Source of the DNA: an uncultured Planctomycetales bacterium
GTDB lineage: Bacteria; Omnitrophota; Gorgyraeia; Zapsychrales; JANLHA01
Reading direction: 5' to 3'
Assembly: GCA_964474085.1 (NCBI GenBank)
Contig: CAYYRJ010000008.1
Coordinates: 23,677-87,676, forward strand
Length of the DNA: 64,000 nt
A program made the position numbers and the translations under genes. The first letter of the stretch is position 1, and each line of letters starts with the position of its first letter. Of the stretch, positions 16,977 through 26,815 are shown piece after piece. The notes under the pieces are model-generated. The model was not told where the DNA came from. It was given only the letters and a program-made list of their open reading frames with translations, and made no database searches.

Positions 16977-18989
16977 ATGGACAAAAAACAAGCCGCCCTG
17001 GAGATCAAAAAGCTTAGTGAGCAGATCAACGCTCATAATGAGCGTTATTATAATCTTTCAGATCCGACGGTAAGTGATAGCGAGTATGATGCGCTGTTAA
17101 AAAAGCTTATTGCTCTGGAAGAAAAATTCCCACTTCTTAAAGACTCGGATTCGCCTACCCAAAGAGTCGGGGCTGTTTTGTCCGCGGCCGGGCAAACGGT
17201 TGAGCATCGCACCAAGATGCTTTCGCTGGACAATACCTATTCGATTGAAGATTTAAACGACTGGTTTGGTCGGGTGGCCAAGGGGTTGAAGGATGAAACC
17301 TTTGAGTTTGTGGTGGAACTTAAGATTGACGGAGTGAGCGCATCTTTAAGTTATGAAAACGGCCGCTTTGTTTTGGGGGCAACCCGTGGGGACGGTGTAA
17401 CGGGCGAGGACGTGACAGCGAATTTAAAAACAGTCCGCTCTATTCCGCTGAAGCTTCGCCATGAGCTGGGGCGGTCTTTGCCAAAGTTACTAGAAGTCCG
17501 TGGGGAAATTTATATTAATCGCAAAAAATTTTTACAGATCAATCAACAGCGGCAAGAGCAGGGAGAGGAAGTTTTTGTTAACGCCCGCAACTTGACGAGC
17601 GGTTCGTTAAAATTGTTGGACTCGCGTCAGACAGCCCTGCGCCATTTGGAGTGTTTTGTCCATTCATTTGGGACAGTGAGGGGCAGCGTTTCTGTGGAAA
17701 CGCAGTGGGAATTTTTGTCCGTGGTTAAAAAATATGGTTTTATGGTTAATCCTGAAAGCCGTTTATGCAAAAATAGCGACGAGGTTATCGCTTTTTGTCA
17801 GAAGTGGCAAGAAGCGCGCGACACTTTGCCTTATGAAGTCGATGGGATTGTCGTCAAGGTCAATAATCTTTCGCAGCAGCAAAAGCTGGGCACGACTTTA
17901 AAAAGTCCGCGCTGGGCGGTGGCTTTTAAATTTCCGGCCCGTCAGGCGACGACCAAAATTTTAGCGATTGATGTGCAGGTCGGGCGCACCGGGGTTTTGA
18001 CGCCGGTAGCCAAGCTTTCGCCGGTTGAGTGCGGGGGGGTGACGATTTCAAATGCGACGCTGCATAATTTTGAGGAAATTGCGCGTTTGGGTGTTGGCGT
18101 CGGCGATCGGGTCTTGATCGAACGGGCGGGGGATGTGATTCCTAAGATTGTAAAAGTCGTTGAGTCCGGACAGCGGCACGGCAAAGATTTTGTGGTCCCT
18201 GAGGTTTGTCCGGCCTGCGGCGGTGAAGTTGTGAAGATCAATTTGGAAGATGTGGCGTATCGCTGCATTAATGCGTCGTGTCCCAAACAACTGGAGCGGT
18301 CTATTTTGCATTTTGCCTCGCGCAAAGCGATGGATATTGAGGGCATGGGAGAGGCGCTGGTTAAACAACTGCTCGACAAAGGCTGGGTCAAAAATTTTGC
18401 GGATATTTATGCGCTTAAAAAAGAGCAGTTGATGCAACTGGAATTATTCAAAGAAAAAAAGGCCGAAAATGTATTAGCGCAAATTGCGAAAAGTAAAACA
18501 CAATCCCTGTCACGCTTGCTGTATGCTTTAGGCATAGATAATATTGGTGAAAAGGCCGCTTTTGTCATTGCACAGCGTTTTGGGGAAATGGAAAATTTGC
18601 TTGGTGCAAGCCAGGATCAGATTGACGATATCCCTGAGGTTGGAGAAATCATGGCGCAGTCGGTGTATCGTTTTTTGCATCAGCCTTTGACAAAAAAACT
18701 TCTGGAGTCTTTGCAAAAAGCTGGTCTTAATATGAAAGAAACGACGCAAAAGCGCGCCGGCAAGCTTTCTGGCAAAAAATTTGTTTTTACCGGCGAGCTA
18801 AATAGTTTATCGAGAATGAAAGCAGTAGAAATGGTGCACAACTTAGGCGCGAAGGTGATCGATTCGGTTAGTCAAGGTACGGATTTTGTCGTTGTAGGAG
18901 ACAACCCGGGATCTAAATATCAAAAAGCGGTTACTCTGGGAGTCAAGATTTTGGATCTTCAACAATTTATGGAGCTTTTAAATGAATAA
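16977..18989 (+). CDS. ligA: NAD-dependent DNA ligase
   Basis: KIDG adenylation motif (VVELKIDGVS), Zn-finger CPACG, HhH and C-terminal BRCT. Confidence 0.95.
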   Translation: MDKKQAALEIKKLSEQINAHNERYYNLSDPTVSDSEYDALLKKLIALEEKFPLLKDSDSPTQRVGAVLSAAGQTVEHRTKMLSLDNTYSIEDLNDWFGRVAKGLKDETFEFVVELKIDGVSASLSYENGRFVLGATRGDGVTGEDVTANLKTVRSIPLKLRHELGRSLPKLLEVRGEIYINRKKFLQINQQRQEQGEEVFVNARNLTSGSLKLLDSRQTALRHLECFVHSFGTVRGSVSVETQWEFLSVVKKYGFMVNPESRLCKNSDEVIAFCQKWQEARDTLPYEVDGIVVKVNNLSQQQKLGTTLKSPRWAVAFKFPARQATTKILAIDVQVGRTGVLTPVAKLSPVECGGVTISNATLHNFEEIARLGVGVGDRVLIERAGDVIPKIVKVVESGQRHGKDFVVPEVCPACGGEVVKINLEDVAYRCINASCPKQLERSILHFASRKAMDIEGMGEALVKQLLDKGWVKNFADIYALKKEQLMQLELFKEKKAENVLAQIAKSKTQSLSRLLYALGIDNIGEKAAFVIAQRFGEMENLLGASQDQIDDIPEVGEIMAQSVYRFLHQPLTKKLLESLQKAGLNMKETTQKRAGKLSGKKFVFTGELNSLSRMKAVEMVHNLGAKVIDSVSQGTDFVVVGDNPGSKYQKAVTLGVKILDLQQFMELLNE

Positions 18990-19503
18990 AATGGATTTGC
19001 ATAATTTTCGTTGGGTCGTTGTGCTTATGCTTGTTTTTGCCGTTGGGACAACAAGCGGCTGTGAAACATTGCGCAAAAAGTTTACGCGTCGAAAAAAGAA
19101 TCAGGTCGTCCAAAATGAACAGGTTGCGATTTTAGACCCGATCGATTATCCGGACAAAGTCAAATCTGCCGACCAAGCTTATCAGGAGCATTATTCGCTG
19201 TGGAAAGTTTGGATGAGCGATTTGACATCGATCGTTGAGGATAATGCCAATGAAAAAAAGGTCCTTTATACTTTGGGCCAAATCAAAGAACAGTTAACGG
19301 CGATGCGCGCACTTTTAAGAGAGACAGCGCAAAATCAAATGGATGTCTATTTAAAAGAAGTTGATGATTTAAGCCTCGAATTTGAAAAATCTGCGGCGTT
19401 TCGCAGCAAATCAGCGGTTGTTTCGCGGATACGCACTTTGAGTCGCAATGTGCGAAACGATTTTGCGCCGCAAAAAGTTTCGCAGGGCTTAGCGGCGCTT
19501 TGA
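18982..19503 (+). CDS. Hypothetical lipoprotein
   Basis: Signal peptide with TSGC lipobox. Confidence 0.45.
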   Translation: MNKMDLHNFRWVVVLMLVFAVGTTSGCETLRKKFTRRKKNQVVQNEQVAILDPIDYPDKVKSADQAYQEHYSLWKVWMSDLTSIVEDNANEKKVLYTLGQIKEQLTAMRALLRETAQNQMDVYLKEVDDLSLEFEKSAAFRSKSAVVSRIRTLSRNVRNDFAPQKVSQGLAAL

Positions 19504-19522
19504 GAGCAGTTTTTCGAAAATC

Positions 19523-20410
19523 ATGAAAGAGACAATTGAAAATTTTATTAACTATCTTTCCGTCGAACGTGGCTTGGCGCAAAATACGCTTTTAGCTTAC
19601 CGGCTGGATTTGCAAAAGTATTCTAAACATTTATCCGAAAAGCAGATCACGTCGGTTTTGGAAGTTAAGCGCGAGCATGTGACCGAATTTATTCTTGCGC
19701 AAAAGCAGCAAGGATTGTCGACGACGACGATTTGCCGAAGTTTAGCGGCTGTCAAAATGTTTCATCGGTTTTTGGTCCGTGAGCATTTAGCGCCAACCGA
19801 TCCGACGAACCTTGTCGAAACGCCCAAGCTCTGGAAACGCGTTCCCGACGTGTTATCGCAAGCAGAGATCGATGCGATGATCCGCGCTGCGCTTGGCAAA
19901 AAGCCCCAGCAAATCCGTGACCATGCGATTTTGGAATTGTTTTATGCCAGCGGGATGCGTGTCTCGGAATTAAGCCAACTAAAGGTTGAAAATGTCAATT
20001 TGCAAGTCGGATATGTTCGCTGTTGGGGCAAAGGAAGCAAGGAGCGGGTCATTCCCATTGGGATGCGCTCGCGGGAGTCGATCAAAAAATATTGCGATAG
20101 TGCGCGGCAAAGGCTTTTGAAGTCGCATTTGTCGTCTGACCTTTTTGTGAGCCGTTTAGGAAAAAAAATGACGCGCCAGTCTATCTGGCAGATTATTAAA
20201 GATTACGCGAAAAAAGCAAATATTAAAAAAGTCATCAAGCCGCATACACTGCGTCATACGTTCGCAACGCATCTTTTGCAGCATGGAGCGGATTTACGTT
20301 CAGTGCAGGAAATGTTGGGCCATGCCGATATTGCAACGACACAAATTTATACGCACGTGGATCGCGACCGTTTAAAGACAGTCCACAAACAGTTTCATCC
20401 TCGGGGTTAA
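19523..20410 (+). CDS. Tyrosine recombinase of the XerC/XerD family
   Basis: N-terminal LAYRLDLQKY core-binding domain; catalytic R...HTLRHTFATHLL...GHADIATTQIYTH. Confidence 0.85.
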   Translation: MKETIENFINYLSVERGLAQNTLLAYRLDLQKYSKHLSEKQITSVLEVKREHVTEFILAQKQQGLSTTTICRSLAAVKMFHRFLVREHLAPTDPTNLVETPKLWKRVPDVLSQAEIDAMIRAALGKKPQQIRDHAILELFYASGMRVSELSQLKVENVNLQVGYVRCWGKGSKERVIPIGMRSRESIKKYCDSARQRLLKSHLSSDLFVSRLGKKMTRQSIWQIIKDYAKKANIKKVIKPHTLRHTFATHLLQHGADLRSVQEMLGHADIATTQIYTHVDRDRLKTVHKQFHPRG

Positions 20411-20414
20411 AGTT

Positions 20415-21674
20415 ATGAAAATTGAACTCGGTGGTTTGGATTCCAGGATTTTAACAGACTTGAAATCTGTCGGTCACAAGGCTCAGCAACTGGGTTTTAA
20501 AGCGTACCTCGTCGGTGGAGTGGTACGTGATTTGCTTTTAGGGCAAAAAAGTCTGGATTGGGACATTGTTGTCGAGGGAGAGGCGATTGTTTTGGCTAAA
20601 GCTTTTGTCCTCGGGATTGAAACCCGACTTGTTGCCCACGCGCAGTTTGGCACAGCAACTCTTAACTTCGCTGACGGAAATGCCATGGATTTAGTCAGTG
20701 CCCGCAGCGAACATTATCCGCATCCGGGGGCTTTGCCGGTTGTCAAAAAGGGAATCTTAAGGGAAGACCTTTTTCGTCGGGACTTTACGATCAATGCCCT
20801 GGCGGTCAGTTTGAACCCGGATTCTTTCGGAGAGTTGCAGGATTTTTACGGCGGGTACGACGATTTAAAAAATAAAAAAATCCGCGTTTTGCATGAAAAA
20901 AGTTTTGTGGATGACCCGACACGAATTTTGCGTGCTCTGCGTTTTGCATCGCGATTCGATTTTAAGCTGGAAGCTAAAACGTTACAGTTTTTAAAAGATG
21001 CCCTTGCCGTGCAAGCGCCGTTGACGGTCAAAGCGCCCCGGTATTTTGCGGAATTTCGGAAAATATTTTCTGAAAAATGCCCGCTAGTCTGTTTAAAACG
21101 CTTGGCGCATTTGGGCGCGTTGGATTTCATTACGCCTGGGTTTGTTGCTGACTGGAAACTTCTTTTACGTTTACAGAAGCGCGTTAGGCTTCTTGAAAAA
21201 ACAGACTTTTATTTTGCAAAAGACTGGTCGGGAGTTTTTTTGCTCGCTTTTTTTGCCCGCGCCAGCCAAGATCAGATGAAACATTATGTAAAAAATTTTC
21301 ACCTAACAAAAGAAGAACGCCTGCGTTTGTTTTCGCTTGATGAAATCCCCTCAATTGTCAGGCAGCTCAAGGTTTCGGATCTGGCTGCCAGCGACATTTA
21401 TGAAATTCTCGACCCGCTCGAGCTGGAAATAATTTACTTTATTCGCATGACAACTTCGGTTAATATGGTTGGCCTGCGCGCCCAAAAGTTTTTGCAAAAA
21501 TGGCGTATGGTAAGTTTGGAGATAACCGGAGAAGACCTTAAAAAACTTGGTGTTTTGCCCGGGCGGCAAATGGGTGCTCTTTTGCGCCGTGTGCTTTTAG
21601 AGAAGATCGACGGGAAAATCAAAAGCCATAAGGACGAAATAATTTTTGCCAAACGCCTGATGCTTGTCCCGTAA
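20415..21674 (+). CDS. cca: CCA tRNA nucleotidyltransferase / poly(A) polymerase family protein
   Basis: GGVVRDLLLG...DWD nucleotidyltransferase head motif and RDFTINA motif. Confidence 0.8.
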   Translation: MKIELGGLDSRILTDLKSVGHKAQQLGFKAYLVGGVVRDLLLGQKSLDWDIVVEGEAIVLAKAFVLGIETRLVAHAQFGTATLNFADGNAMDLVSARSEHYPHPGALPVVKKGILREDLFRRDFTINALAVSLNPDSFGELQDFYGGYDDLKNKKIRVLHEKSFVDDPTRILRALRFASRFDFKLEAKTLQFLKDALAVQAPLTVKAPRYFAEFRKIFSEKCPLVCLKRLAHLGALDFITPGFVADWKLLLRLQKRVRLLEKTDFYFAKDWSGVFLLAFFARASQDQMKHYVKNFHLTKEERLRLFSLDEIPSIVRQLKVSDLAASDIYEILDPLELEIIYFIRMTTSVNMVGLRAQKFLQKWRMVSLEITGEDLKKLGVLPGRQMGALLRRVLLEKIDGKIKSHKDEIIFAKRLMLVP

Positions 21675-21689
21675 ACTGGAGTTTAAAAT

Positions 21690-22043
21690 ATGGATCGTAT
21701 CAAAAGAATCAATGAAATGATCAAGCGCGAGATCGGGATGATGCTTTTGGAGGATGTCCGTGACCCGCGTTTAAAATTTGTGACGATCACCGATGTGGTG
21801 GTCAGCAAAGATTTGCAGCATGCCAAAGTGTTTTACAGTTTTTTAGGCAGCGACAAACAAGCGGTGGAAGAGGCGCTTGAAAATGCGCGGGGCTTTATCC
21901 GGCGTTTGATCGGCCAGCGCGTGATTATGCGCTACACGCCTGAGATCACGTTTCTCTATGACAAGTCGATCGAATACGGGGACCGGATTGAACAGACGCT
22001 CGAAGAAATCAAGCGCCGTGCCGACGGTGAAAGTACAACTTAA
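21690..22043 (+). CDS. rbfA: Ribosome-binding factor A
   Basis: RIKRINEMIKREI...VTITDVVVSKDLQHAKVFYS. Confidence 0.9.
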   Translation: MDRIKRINEMIKREIGMMLLEDVRDPRLKFVTITDVVVSKDLQHAKVFYSFLGSDKQAVEEALENARGFIRRLIGQRVIMRYTPEITFLYDKSIEYGDRIEQTLEEIKRRADGESTT

Positions 22044-22051
22044 AACAGCAG

Positions 22052-23035
22052 GTGCCAATGAGTTTAGCTTTGATTCTCCAAAAAATTTCGCAGCATAAAA
22101 CTTTTATTGTGGCAACCCATGTCAATCCGGACCCGGACGCTTTAGCGTCGCAGCTGGCGATGGCAATCTTTTTAAAAGCGTTGGGAAAAAAAGTGATCCT
22201 CTTGGCCGAGGAAATTGTCCCGCAGCGTTACGCATTTTTGCCCAGCGCCGGGCTGATCAAAAAAGTTGATCCTAAAAAAAAGATTGCTTATGATGCCGCG
22301 ATTATCGTCGATTGTGGGGATCTTTCGCGGGTGGGCGCGGTTAAAAAAATCCTTCAAAGCCCCAAGGCGATCATTAATATCGACCATCATATTACCAATG
22401 ATTTTTTTGGGACGATCAATCATGTTGTGCCTCAAGCCTCTTCGACGGCAGAGATTATTTTCGATGTGCTTGAACAGGCTAAGTTTAAGTTGGACAAAAA
22501 AGTTGCGACTCTTTTGTATTTGGGGATCATGACGGATACCGGCTCGTTTCGTTTTGAAAATACGACAAGCCGTACGCATCAGGTTGTCAGCTGCCTGCTC
22601 AAATTTAATCTGCCGGTCAATACTTTTTACCAGAGATTGTATGAAACCGTGCCGCTCTCTGACTTAAAATCCTTTACAAAATTAGTCAGCAACTTTCATT
22701 CGCATTTTGATGGGAAGGTTGTCACCTTGCAGCTACGCCAGAGTGTTGTCAAAAAGTTTTCGAAAGAATTTGATTTGCGGGATAAAATTTTTTCTTATTT
22801 ACGGACGATTAAGGGGGTTGAAGTCATCGCCATTCTGACCGAGCATGGTAAAAATAAAACGCGGGTCAATTTACGTTCGCAGGGTAAGGTGGATGTGGCG
22901 CGCTTGGCCGCCGCGTATGACGGCGGTGGACATAGCCGTGCCAGCGGTTGTGTTGTGGGAAAAAATATTTCTGAGGCGCCCGAAATTATTTTAAACGATT
23001 TAAAAAAACTTCTAAAAAAGAAAACAAAAGCATGA
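22052..23035 (+). CDS. nrnA: DHH/DHHA1 phosphoesterase (NrnA-like oligoribonuclease/pAp phosphatase)
   Basis: HVNPDPDALAS, DHH (NIDHH) and GGGH motifs. Confidence 0.8.
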   Translation: MPMSLALILQKISQHKTFIVATHVNPDPDALASQLAMAIFLKALGKKVILLAEEIVPQRYAFLPSAGLIKKVDPKKKIAYDAAIIVDCGDLSRVGAVKKILQSPKAIINIDHHITNDFFGTINHVVPQASSTAEIIFDVLEQAKFKLDKKVATLLYLGIMTDTGSFRFENTTSRTHQVVSCLLKFNLPVNTFYQRLYETVPLSDLKSFTKLVSNFHSHFDGKVVTLQLRQSVVKKFSKEFDLRDKIFSYLRTIKGVEVIAILTEHGKNKTRVNLRSQGKVDVARLAAAYDGGGHSRASGCVVGKNISEAPEIILNDLKKLLKKKTKA

Positions 23036-23733
23036 TTGAAAAAGAAACGATTGTCCACAAGAATAATGAACGTACCGGAATTGTTGTATTAAACAAACCT
23101 TCGGGGATGACTTCGCATGATGTCGTTGCGCGCGTGCGGCGGATTTTTAGGATGAAGCGCGTCGGACACTCTGGGACGCTTGATCCTTTGGCCACCGGCG
23201 TTTTGGTCATCCTTCTGGGCAAATCAACAAAACTTTTTGAAAAATTTGAAACGTTCGACAAAGCGTATAAAGCTACAATGATTTTTGGAAAAAAGACAAC
23301 GACCGCCGACATTCAGGGAAAAGTCACGCAAGAGTTGGCGTTCGAACATTTAACGCAAGCCCAAATTGAAAACACACTCAAAGAATTTGTCGGTCATACC
23401 GAACAGGTTCCGCCGATGGTTTCGGCTGTTAAGATCAACGGCCAGCGTCTTTATGAGTTGGCCCGCAAGGGGATTGAAGTCGCCCGTGTCCCGCGCAAGA
23501 TCAAGATTGATAAGCTTGAGCTTTTGGATTTTAATATGCCGCGCGTAAAATTTTATTTGGAGTGTTCCAAAGGAACATACGTCCGCAAGCTCGCCGAGGA
23601 TATCGCTGAAAAACTGGGAACTGTTGCTTGCATCGCGCAAATCGAGCGGACAAAGGTCGGGCCGTTTACGATTGATACCGCCGTTGATCTTCAGGATTTA
23701 AACGAAAAGCATATTCTCAATTGGGCCGGGTAG
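23032..23733 (+). CDS. truB: tRNA pseudouridine-55 synthase
   Basis: HSGTLDPLATGVL catalytic Asp motif. Confidence 0.9.
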   Translation: MIEKETIVHKNNERTGIVVLNKPSGMTSHDVVARVRRIFRMKRVGHSGTLDPLATGVLVILLGKSTKLFEKFETFDKAYKATMIFGKKTTTADIQGKVTQELAFEHLTQAQIENTLKEFVGHTEQVPPMVSAVKINGQRLYELARKGIEVARVPRKIKIDKLELLDFNMPRVKFYLECSKGTYVRKLAEDIAEKLGTVACIAQIERTKVGPFTIDTAVDLQDLNEKHILNWAG

Positions 23734-23739
23734 CAGTCC

Positions 23740-24675
23740 ATGAAAATTTTTAAAGGGATTGCCTCTGTCAAAGGCAAATTTAAAAACTCCGTCGTGGCCA
23801 TCGGCGTTTTTGATGGATTGCATCTGGGCCATCAGCTGTTGATCCGCAATGCCGTTAAGCGTGCAAAAGCCCTGGGCGTCAAAGCGATTGTCATGACCTT
23901 TGACCCTCATCCGGCCCATGTGCTTCGTCCCGAAAATCAACTTCCTCTTCTTGTATCTTTGCCGTTTCGCTTGAAGTTGCTTGCCGCTTTGGGCGTTGAT
24001 GCGGTTGTCGTCGTGCGTTTTACAAAAACTTTTTCACATCTTTCTCCGCAGCAGTTTATTTTAAAATATCTTGTCAGACCGTTTTCGCCGCGCGAGATTA
24101 TCGTCGGAGACGATTTTCGTTTTGGACAAAATCGCTCGGGCACGATTTCTGTGTTTATGGATGCGGGCCCAAAATATGCCTTTGAAGTTCTCAGCGTAAA
24201 GACAGGCAAAAAGGGGCATAAAAAATTTAGCAGTACCGCTGCCCGGGATGCGATTGCCGTCGGTAATTTGAAAAAAGCCTTCTTGATTTTAGGGCGGCCT
24301 GTTTCGCTTTTGGGATCTGTTGTTCGAGGAGATCAGCGCGGCAAAACTCTTGGCTACCCGACGGCTAATATGATTCCATCCGGCGAAATTTTGCCACCGC
24401 TGGGCGTTTATTGTGTGCGTATTGTTTTGGGTCGACAATCATTTTTGGGAATCGCTAATGTCGGGGTGCGTCCGTCGTTTCATAAAGAAGATCGTCAGAA
24501 CGTCGAAGTTCATATTTTTGATTTCAAAAAAAATATTTACGGTAAAGAAATCTGCGTTGCATTTTTGCATAAAATCCGCAATGAAATGTATTTCCCATCG
24601 AGCAAAGACCTTGTCGCGCAAATTAAGCGTGATGAAACATTCGCACGAAAATGGTTCTCGCGCCATAAGACTTAA
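23740..24675 (+). CDS. ribF: Bifunctional riboflavin kinase / FAD synthetase
   Basis: GVFDGLHLGHQ nucleotidyltransferase motif; C-terminal riboflavin kinase domain. Confidence 0.9.
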   Translation: MKIFKGIASVKGKFKNSVVAIGVFDGLHLGHQLLIRNAVKRAKALGVKAIVMTFDPHPAHVLRPENQLPLLVSLPFRLKLLAALGVDAVVVVRFTKTFSHLSPQQFILKYLVRPFSPREIIVGDDFRFGQNRSGTISVFMDAGPKYAFEVLSVKTGKKGHKKFSSTAARDAIAVGNLKKAFLILGRPVSLLGSVVRGDQRGKTLGYPTANMIPSGEILPPLGVYCVRIVLGRQSFLGIANVGVRPSFHKEDRQNVEVHIFDFKKNIYGKEICVAFLHKIRNEMYFPSSKDLVAQIKRDETFARKWFSRHKT

Positions 24676-24807
24676 GATTTAAATCCGGCGCATTATTAAT
24701 CTTGCAGAAGTTGATTTTTTTTTATCAATTTTCAAAACTACGGCTCGCCCTGCGATGTGGTTTTGCCACAACCTATTGTATTTATTAAAAATAGCTGAAA
24801 TTTACTG

Positions 24808-24836
24808 TTGACAAGGTGGGGGGCTATTACTAGAAT
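24808..24836 (+). promoter_or_regulatory. Pmra-like sigma-70 promoter TTGACA-N17-TAGAAT upstream of mraZ
   Basis: Exact hexamers with a 17-nt spacer. Confidence 0.55.
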
Positions 24837-24846
24837 GTTGCATGTA

Positions 24847-24870
24847 GTGGAGCAAAGTGGTTTGTTGTGG
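24847..24870 (+). promoter_or_regulatory. Three direct GTGG repeats spaced 10 nt apart (MraZ operator-like)
   Basis: GTGG at 24847, 24857 and 24867, between the -10 element and the mraZ ATG. Confidence 0.5.
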
Positions 24871-24898
24871 AGCACTAACCTTTTTGTCGAGGGCGACA

Positions 24899-25336
24899 AT
24901 GTTTTACGGTGAATACAATCATGGGATTGACAGAAAAGGCCGTCTGATTTTGCCTGCGCGTTTTCGCGAAATTTGCAAAGAATCCGGAATCGAAAAATTC
25001 TTTATTACGCGCGGTTTGGATAAATGTCTTTTTATGTTTACCGAGGAGGAATGGCGGATGCAGGAACAGAAGTTCAAAAATCTGCCGTTTACAAAACAAG
25101 AATCGCGCAGTTTTAACCGTTTGTTTTTTTCTGGGGCAATTTCAGTGGCGCCTGATAAACAAGGCCGTTTTATTATTCCGCAATATTTAAAAGATTACGC
25201 AAACATCAAAAAAGACGCGATTGTGATTGGGATTTCCAATCGTATCGAAATTTGGGATACCAAAAGCTGGCAGACATTTTATGAAACCTCCAGTTCAAGT
25301 TTTGAACAAATCGCCGAAAATATGATCAGTACGTAA
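24899..25336 (+). CDS. mraZ: Transcriptional regulator MraZ
   Basis: MFYGEYNHGIDRKGRLILPARFRE; duplicated MraZ domains. The ORF is listed from 24857 but the likely start is 24899. Confidence 0.9.
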   Translation: MFYGEYNHGIDRKGRLILPARFREICKESGIEKFFITRGLDKCLFMFTEEEWRMQEQKFKNLPFTKQESRSFNRLFFSGAISVAPDKQGRFIIPQYLKDYANIKKDAIVIGISNRIEIWDTKSWQTFYETSSSSFEQIAENMIST

Positions 25337-25359
25337 AGAAAAGGACGAAGCAAGAGAAT

Positions 25360-26292
25360 ATGGTTCACTTTGCTTGGGAAGAAATTAAAAAGAGTATGGA
25401 AGATAAACTCGCACACATACCGGTCATGCATAAGGAAATCGCAGAGTATTTGCGTTTACCGTTAGGCGGGGTTTGTGTCGATGCGACTCTGGGGATGGGC
25501 GGGCATACGCGGCTTTTGACCTCCCAGGTTGGCCCGATGGGAAAAATTATTGCCATCGATCGTGACCGGCAATCGATGGAAACGGCAAAAAAAAATTTGG
25601 AACAATTTGCCGACCAGATTTCGTTTGTGCAGGAAGATTTTCGCAATATTGACCGCGTTTTAGACGGTTTAGGGATCAAAGGTGTCGACGGTGTTTTGCT
25701 CGATTTGGGGATTTCAAGTTTTCAACTTGACAATGAACAGCGCGGATTTAGTATAAAGGCCAATGGTCCGCTAGATATGCGCATGGACCAGGACAGCTGG
25801 CTTTCCGCCTATGATTTGGTCAATTCTTTGTCGGAAAAAGAGCTGTCTTTAATTTTAAAAGATTATGGTGAAGAACGCTGGCATAATCGCATTGCCCGGC
25901 GCTTGGTAGAAGCAAGGTCCCTTCGTCCGATTGAGACGACGAAGGATTTATCCGATATAGTCCTTAAATCGATTCCCTCGGGGAAAAAATGGCAAAAGAT
26001 CCATCCTGCGACGCGGACTTTCCAGGCTTTTCGCATCGCGGTCAACCGAGAGTTAGAATCACTCGACGTAGCCCTTGGAAAAATTGTTCCATATTTAAAA
26101 CCGCAGGGGCGTATTTGTGTCATTTCTTTCCACTCGTTGGAAGACAGGATTGTTAAGAATAAATTCCGCTTCTTTGCCCAGTCCGGCGAGCTTAATCTTG
26201 TTTTAAAAAAACCTTTAACAGTCAGTTCTTACGAAGAAGACGTCAACCCGCGCAGCCGTAGTGCGCTTTTGAGGGTCGCTGAAAAATCGTGA
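25360..26292 (+). CDS. rsmH: 16S rRNA m4C1402 methyltransferase
   Basis: HIPVMHKE...DATLGMGGH SAM-binding motif. Confidence 0.9.
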   Translation: MVHFAWEEIKKSMEDKLAHIPVMHKEIAEYLRLPLGGVCVDATLGMGGHTRLLTSQVGPMGKIIAIDRDRQSMETAKKNLEQFADQISFVQEDFRNIDRVLDGLGIKGVDGVLLDLGISSFQLDNEQRGFSIKANGPLDMRMDQDSWLSAYDLVNSLSEKELSLILKDYGEERWHNRIARRLVEARSLRPIETTKDLSDIVLKSIPSGKKWQKIHPATRTFQAFRIAVNRELESLDVALGKIVPYLKPQGRICVISFHSLEDRIVKNKFRFFAQSGELNLVLKKPLTVSSYEEDVNPRSRSALLRVAEKS

Positions 26293-26358
26293 ACTTTGTA
26301 CGACTGCGGTCGCAAGGGTCGGCTGCCATTCGTAAAAAAATAAATTTTAGGGGGAGCT

Positions 26359-26772
26359 ATGAAACTAATCAAATCAATTCGCGTGATGGTTATCTTGACG
26401 GGCCTGGCGCTGATCTACGTTTATATGCAAATGGAAATTGTCAGCCTTGCTTATGAAGGCAAGCGCAAAGAAAGACAGATTATTGAACTCAATGAAAGCA
26501 CGGGAGCTACAGCATACAAGATTTTGCAATTAAAATCCGCAAATCATTTGGGGGGCAATCTTTTAAGTGAAAACTCGACGTTGCATTTTCAGGACAATGC
26601 GGCAGTTGTCGAGCTTGTCAGCAAAGAATCTTTCTCGTCGACAGAATCTACTGGCAGAACACTTATGCCTGCGAAATCAAACCCATTCTTAAATTTCTTC
26701 TTTAAGGCCCCACCCGAGGCGCGCGCCGAGGAAAAAACGGATTCATTAAAGCCGTGGAGAAGATCTCGTTAA
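26359..26772 (+). CDS. ftsL: FtsL-like cell division protein (N-terminal TM, extended C-terminus)
   Basis: Position between rsmH and ftsI; single TM helix followed by a coiled region. Confidence 0.45.
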   Translation: MKLIKSIRVMVILTGLALIYVYMQMEIVSLAYEGKRKERQIIELNESTGATAYKILQLKSANHLGGNLLSENSTLHFQDNAAVVELVSKESFSSTESTGRTLMPAKSNPFLNFFFKAPPEARAEEKTDSLKPWRRSR

Positions 26773-26815
26773 GAAGGTGTTGTAAGACCATTACCAACAA
26801 CTAAAGTCTCTTAAA

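Noticed and set aside
17942-18437. Two long minus-strand ORFs (149 and 129 aa) inside ligA
   Set aside because: They are entirely antisense to a confidently identified ligA gene. They have no RBS or motif and a GC-skewed, low-complexity (Ser/Pro/Thr-rich) translation typical of shadow ORFs.
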